DNA of 64,000 nucleotides from Candidatus Blackburnbacteria bacterium (GTDB lineage Bacteria; Patescibacteriota; Microgenomatia; UBA8517; UBA10165): NCBI GenBank assembly GCA_016183565.1, contig JACPEJ010000004.1, positions 41,178 to 105,177 of the forward strand, read 5' to 3'. Shown piece by piece: positions 63,578 to 64,000 of this stretch (position 1 is its first letter; each line of letters starts with the position of its first letter). The notes under the pieces were generated by a model. It saw only the letters and a program-made list of their open reading frames with translations, ran no database searches and was not told where the DNA came from. The position numbers and the translations under genes were made by a program.

Positions 63578-64000
63578 ATGGGGAAAACTAAGACAGCGTT
63601 TGTAGGCCAAGAAGATCAGCAAAAAGCAAAAGACGCCAAAAAGGCAAAATACGAAGCCAAAAAAGCGGCACGTAAAATTCGTGTTCCGGGGCTTGGCGGC
63701 GGGCAGCGTGTTGTTGCTGTGGAGGCAGAACCAGCCCAGGTAGAAATTTCATCCCCAACCGCCCCAACTATCCCAGCCACCCCTAAAAAGATCAAAGTCA
63801 GGGGTAGAAAATATCTCTTGGCCCGAGCAAAGGTAGACCCGACAAGGGTTTACCTTGTAGACGAAGCAGTAAAACTTGTAAAAGAAACCTCTTTCTCTTC
63901 TTTTCCAGGTCGGGTAGAAGCTCATTTGGTGCTTCGCACCGGTTCTGTTAATAAAACTGTTGATCTCCCCCACTCAACCGGTCAAACCAGAAGGATTGAG
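63578..64000 (+). CDS. rplA: 50S ribosomal protein L1 (5' part; runs off the window) with Lys/Ala-rich N-terminal extension
   Basis: RKYLLARAKVDPTRVYLVDEAVKLVKETSFSSFPGRVEAHLVLRTG...VDLPHSTGQTRRI matches L1; about 65 extra N-terminal residues. Confidence 0.8.
   Translation, partial: MGKTKTAFVGQEDQQKAKDAKKAKYEAKKAARKIRVPGLGGGQRVVAVEAEPAQVEISSPTAPTIPATPKKIKVRGRKYLLARAKVDPTRVYLVDEAVKLVKETSFSSFPGRVEAHLVLRTGSVNKTVDLPHSTGQTRRIE

Noticed and set aside
1-64000. CRISPR array
   Set aside because: Several repeat families exist, but none shows regularly spaced direct repeats with unique spacers. Copies are dispersed, some are inverted and many are intragenic. No cas genes were recognised.

Overview
AT-moderate, gene-dense bacterial chromosome segment with many core housekeeping genes: rpoD-like sigma, cysS, dnaX-ybaB-recR, ybeY, rseP, frr-tsf-rpsB, folD-glyA, topA, dprA, mrdA-mreDC/mreB, def-fmt, rpmB, a tRNA/rpmG cluster, and secE-nusG-rplK-rplA. 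A four-helix-bundle 23S-rRNA-IVS-family protein gene, a LAGLIDADG endonuclease gene inside a tRNA cluster, a short EF-Ts and small gene sets would fit a reduced-genome, Patescibacteria/CPR-like lineage; that placement is a low-confidence inference. Accessory content: (i) a copper-homeostasis locus (CopZ-like, permease-cupredoxin fusion, CopA, cupredoxin, DsbD-like protein, DUF1573 protein, CsoR) next to a divergently transcribed ECF sigma factor with an N-terminal extension; (ii) a one-carbon/thymidylate cluster (folD, glyA, two unusually long ThyX-like proteins, two Dcd-family proteins, dut); (iii) two type II toxin-antitoxin pairs; (iv) three GC-rich islands holding hypothetical or secreted proteins, one of them a cohesin/dockerin protein. 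The most unusual property of the window is the spread of several short repeat families through both intergenic and coding DNA. These are palindromic (ccttgcaagg)x2 elements, tandem heptamer repeats, a 45-50 nt nested-hairpin element and 80-130 bp AT-rich palindromic elements. Many copies sit in-frame inside conserved genes (copA, glyA, dprA, fmt, recR, dnaX, topA, a wzy-like gene, a hydrolase gene), as Rickettsia palindromic elements do. A 649-aa protein with no recognisable domains interrupts the mreBCD/mreB cluster. No CRISPR array or rRNA gene was seen.
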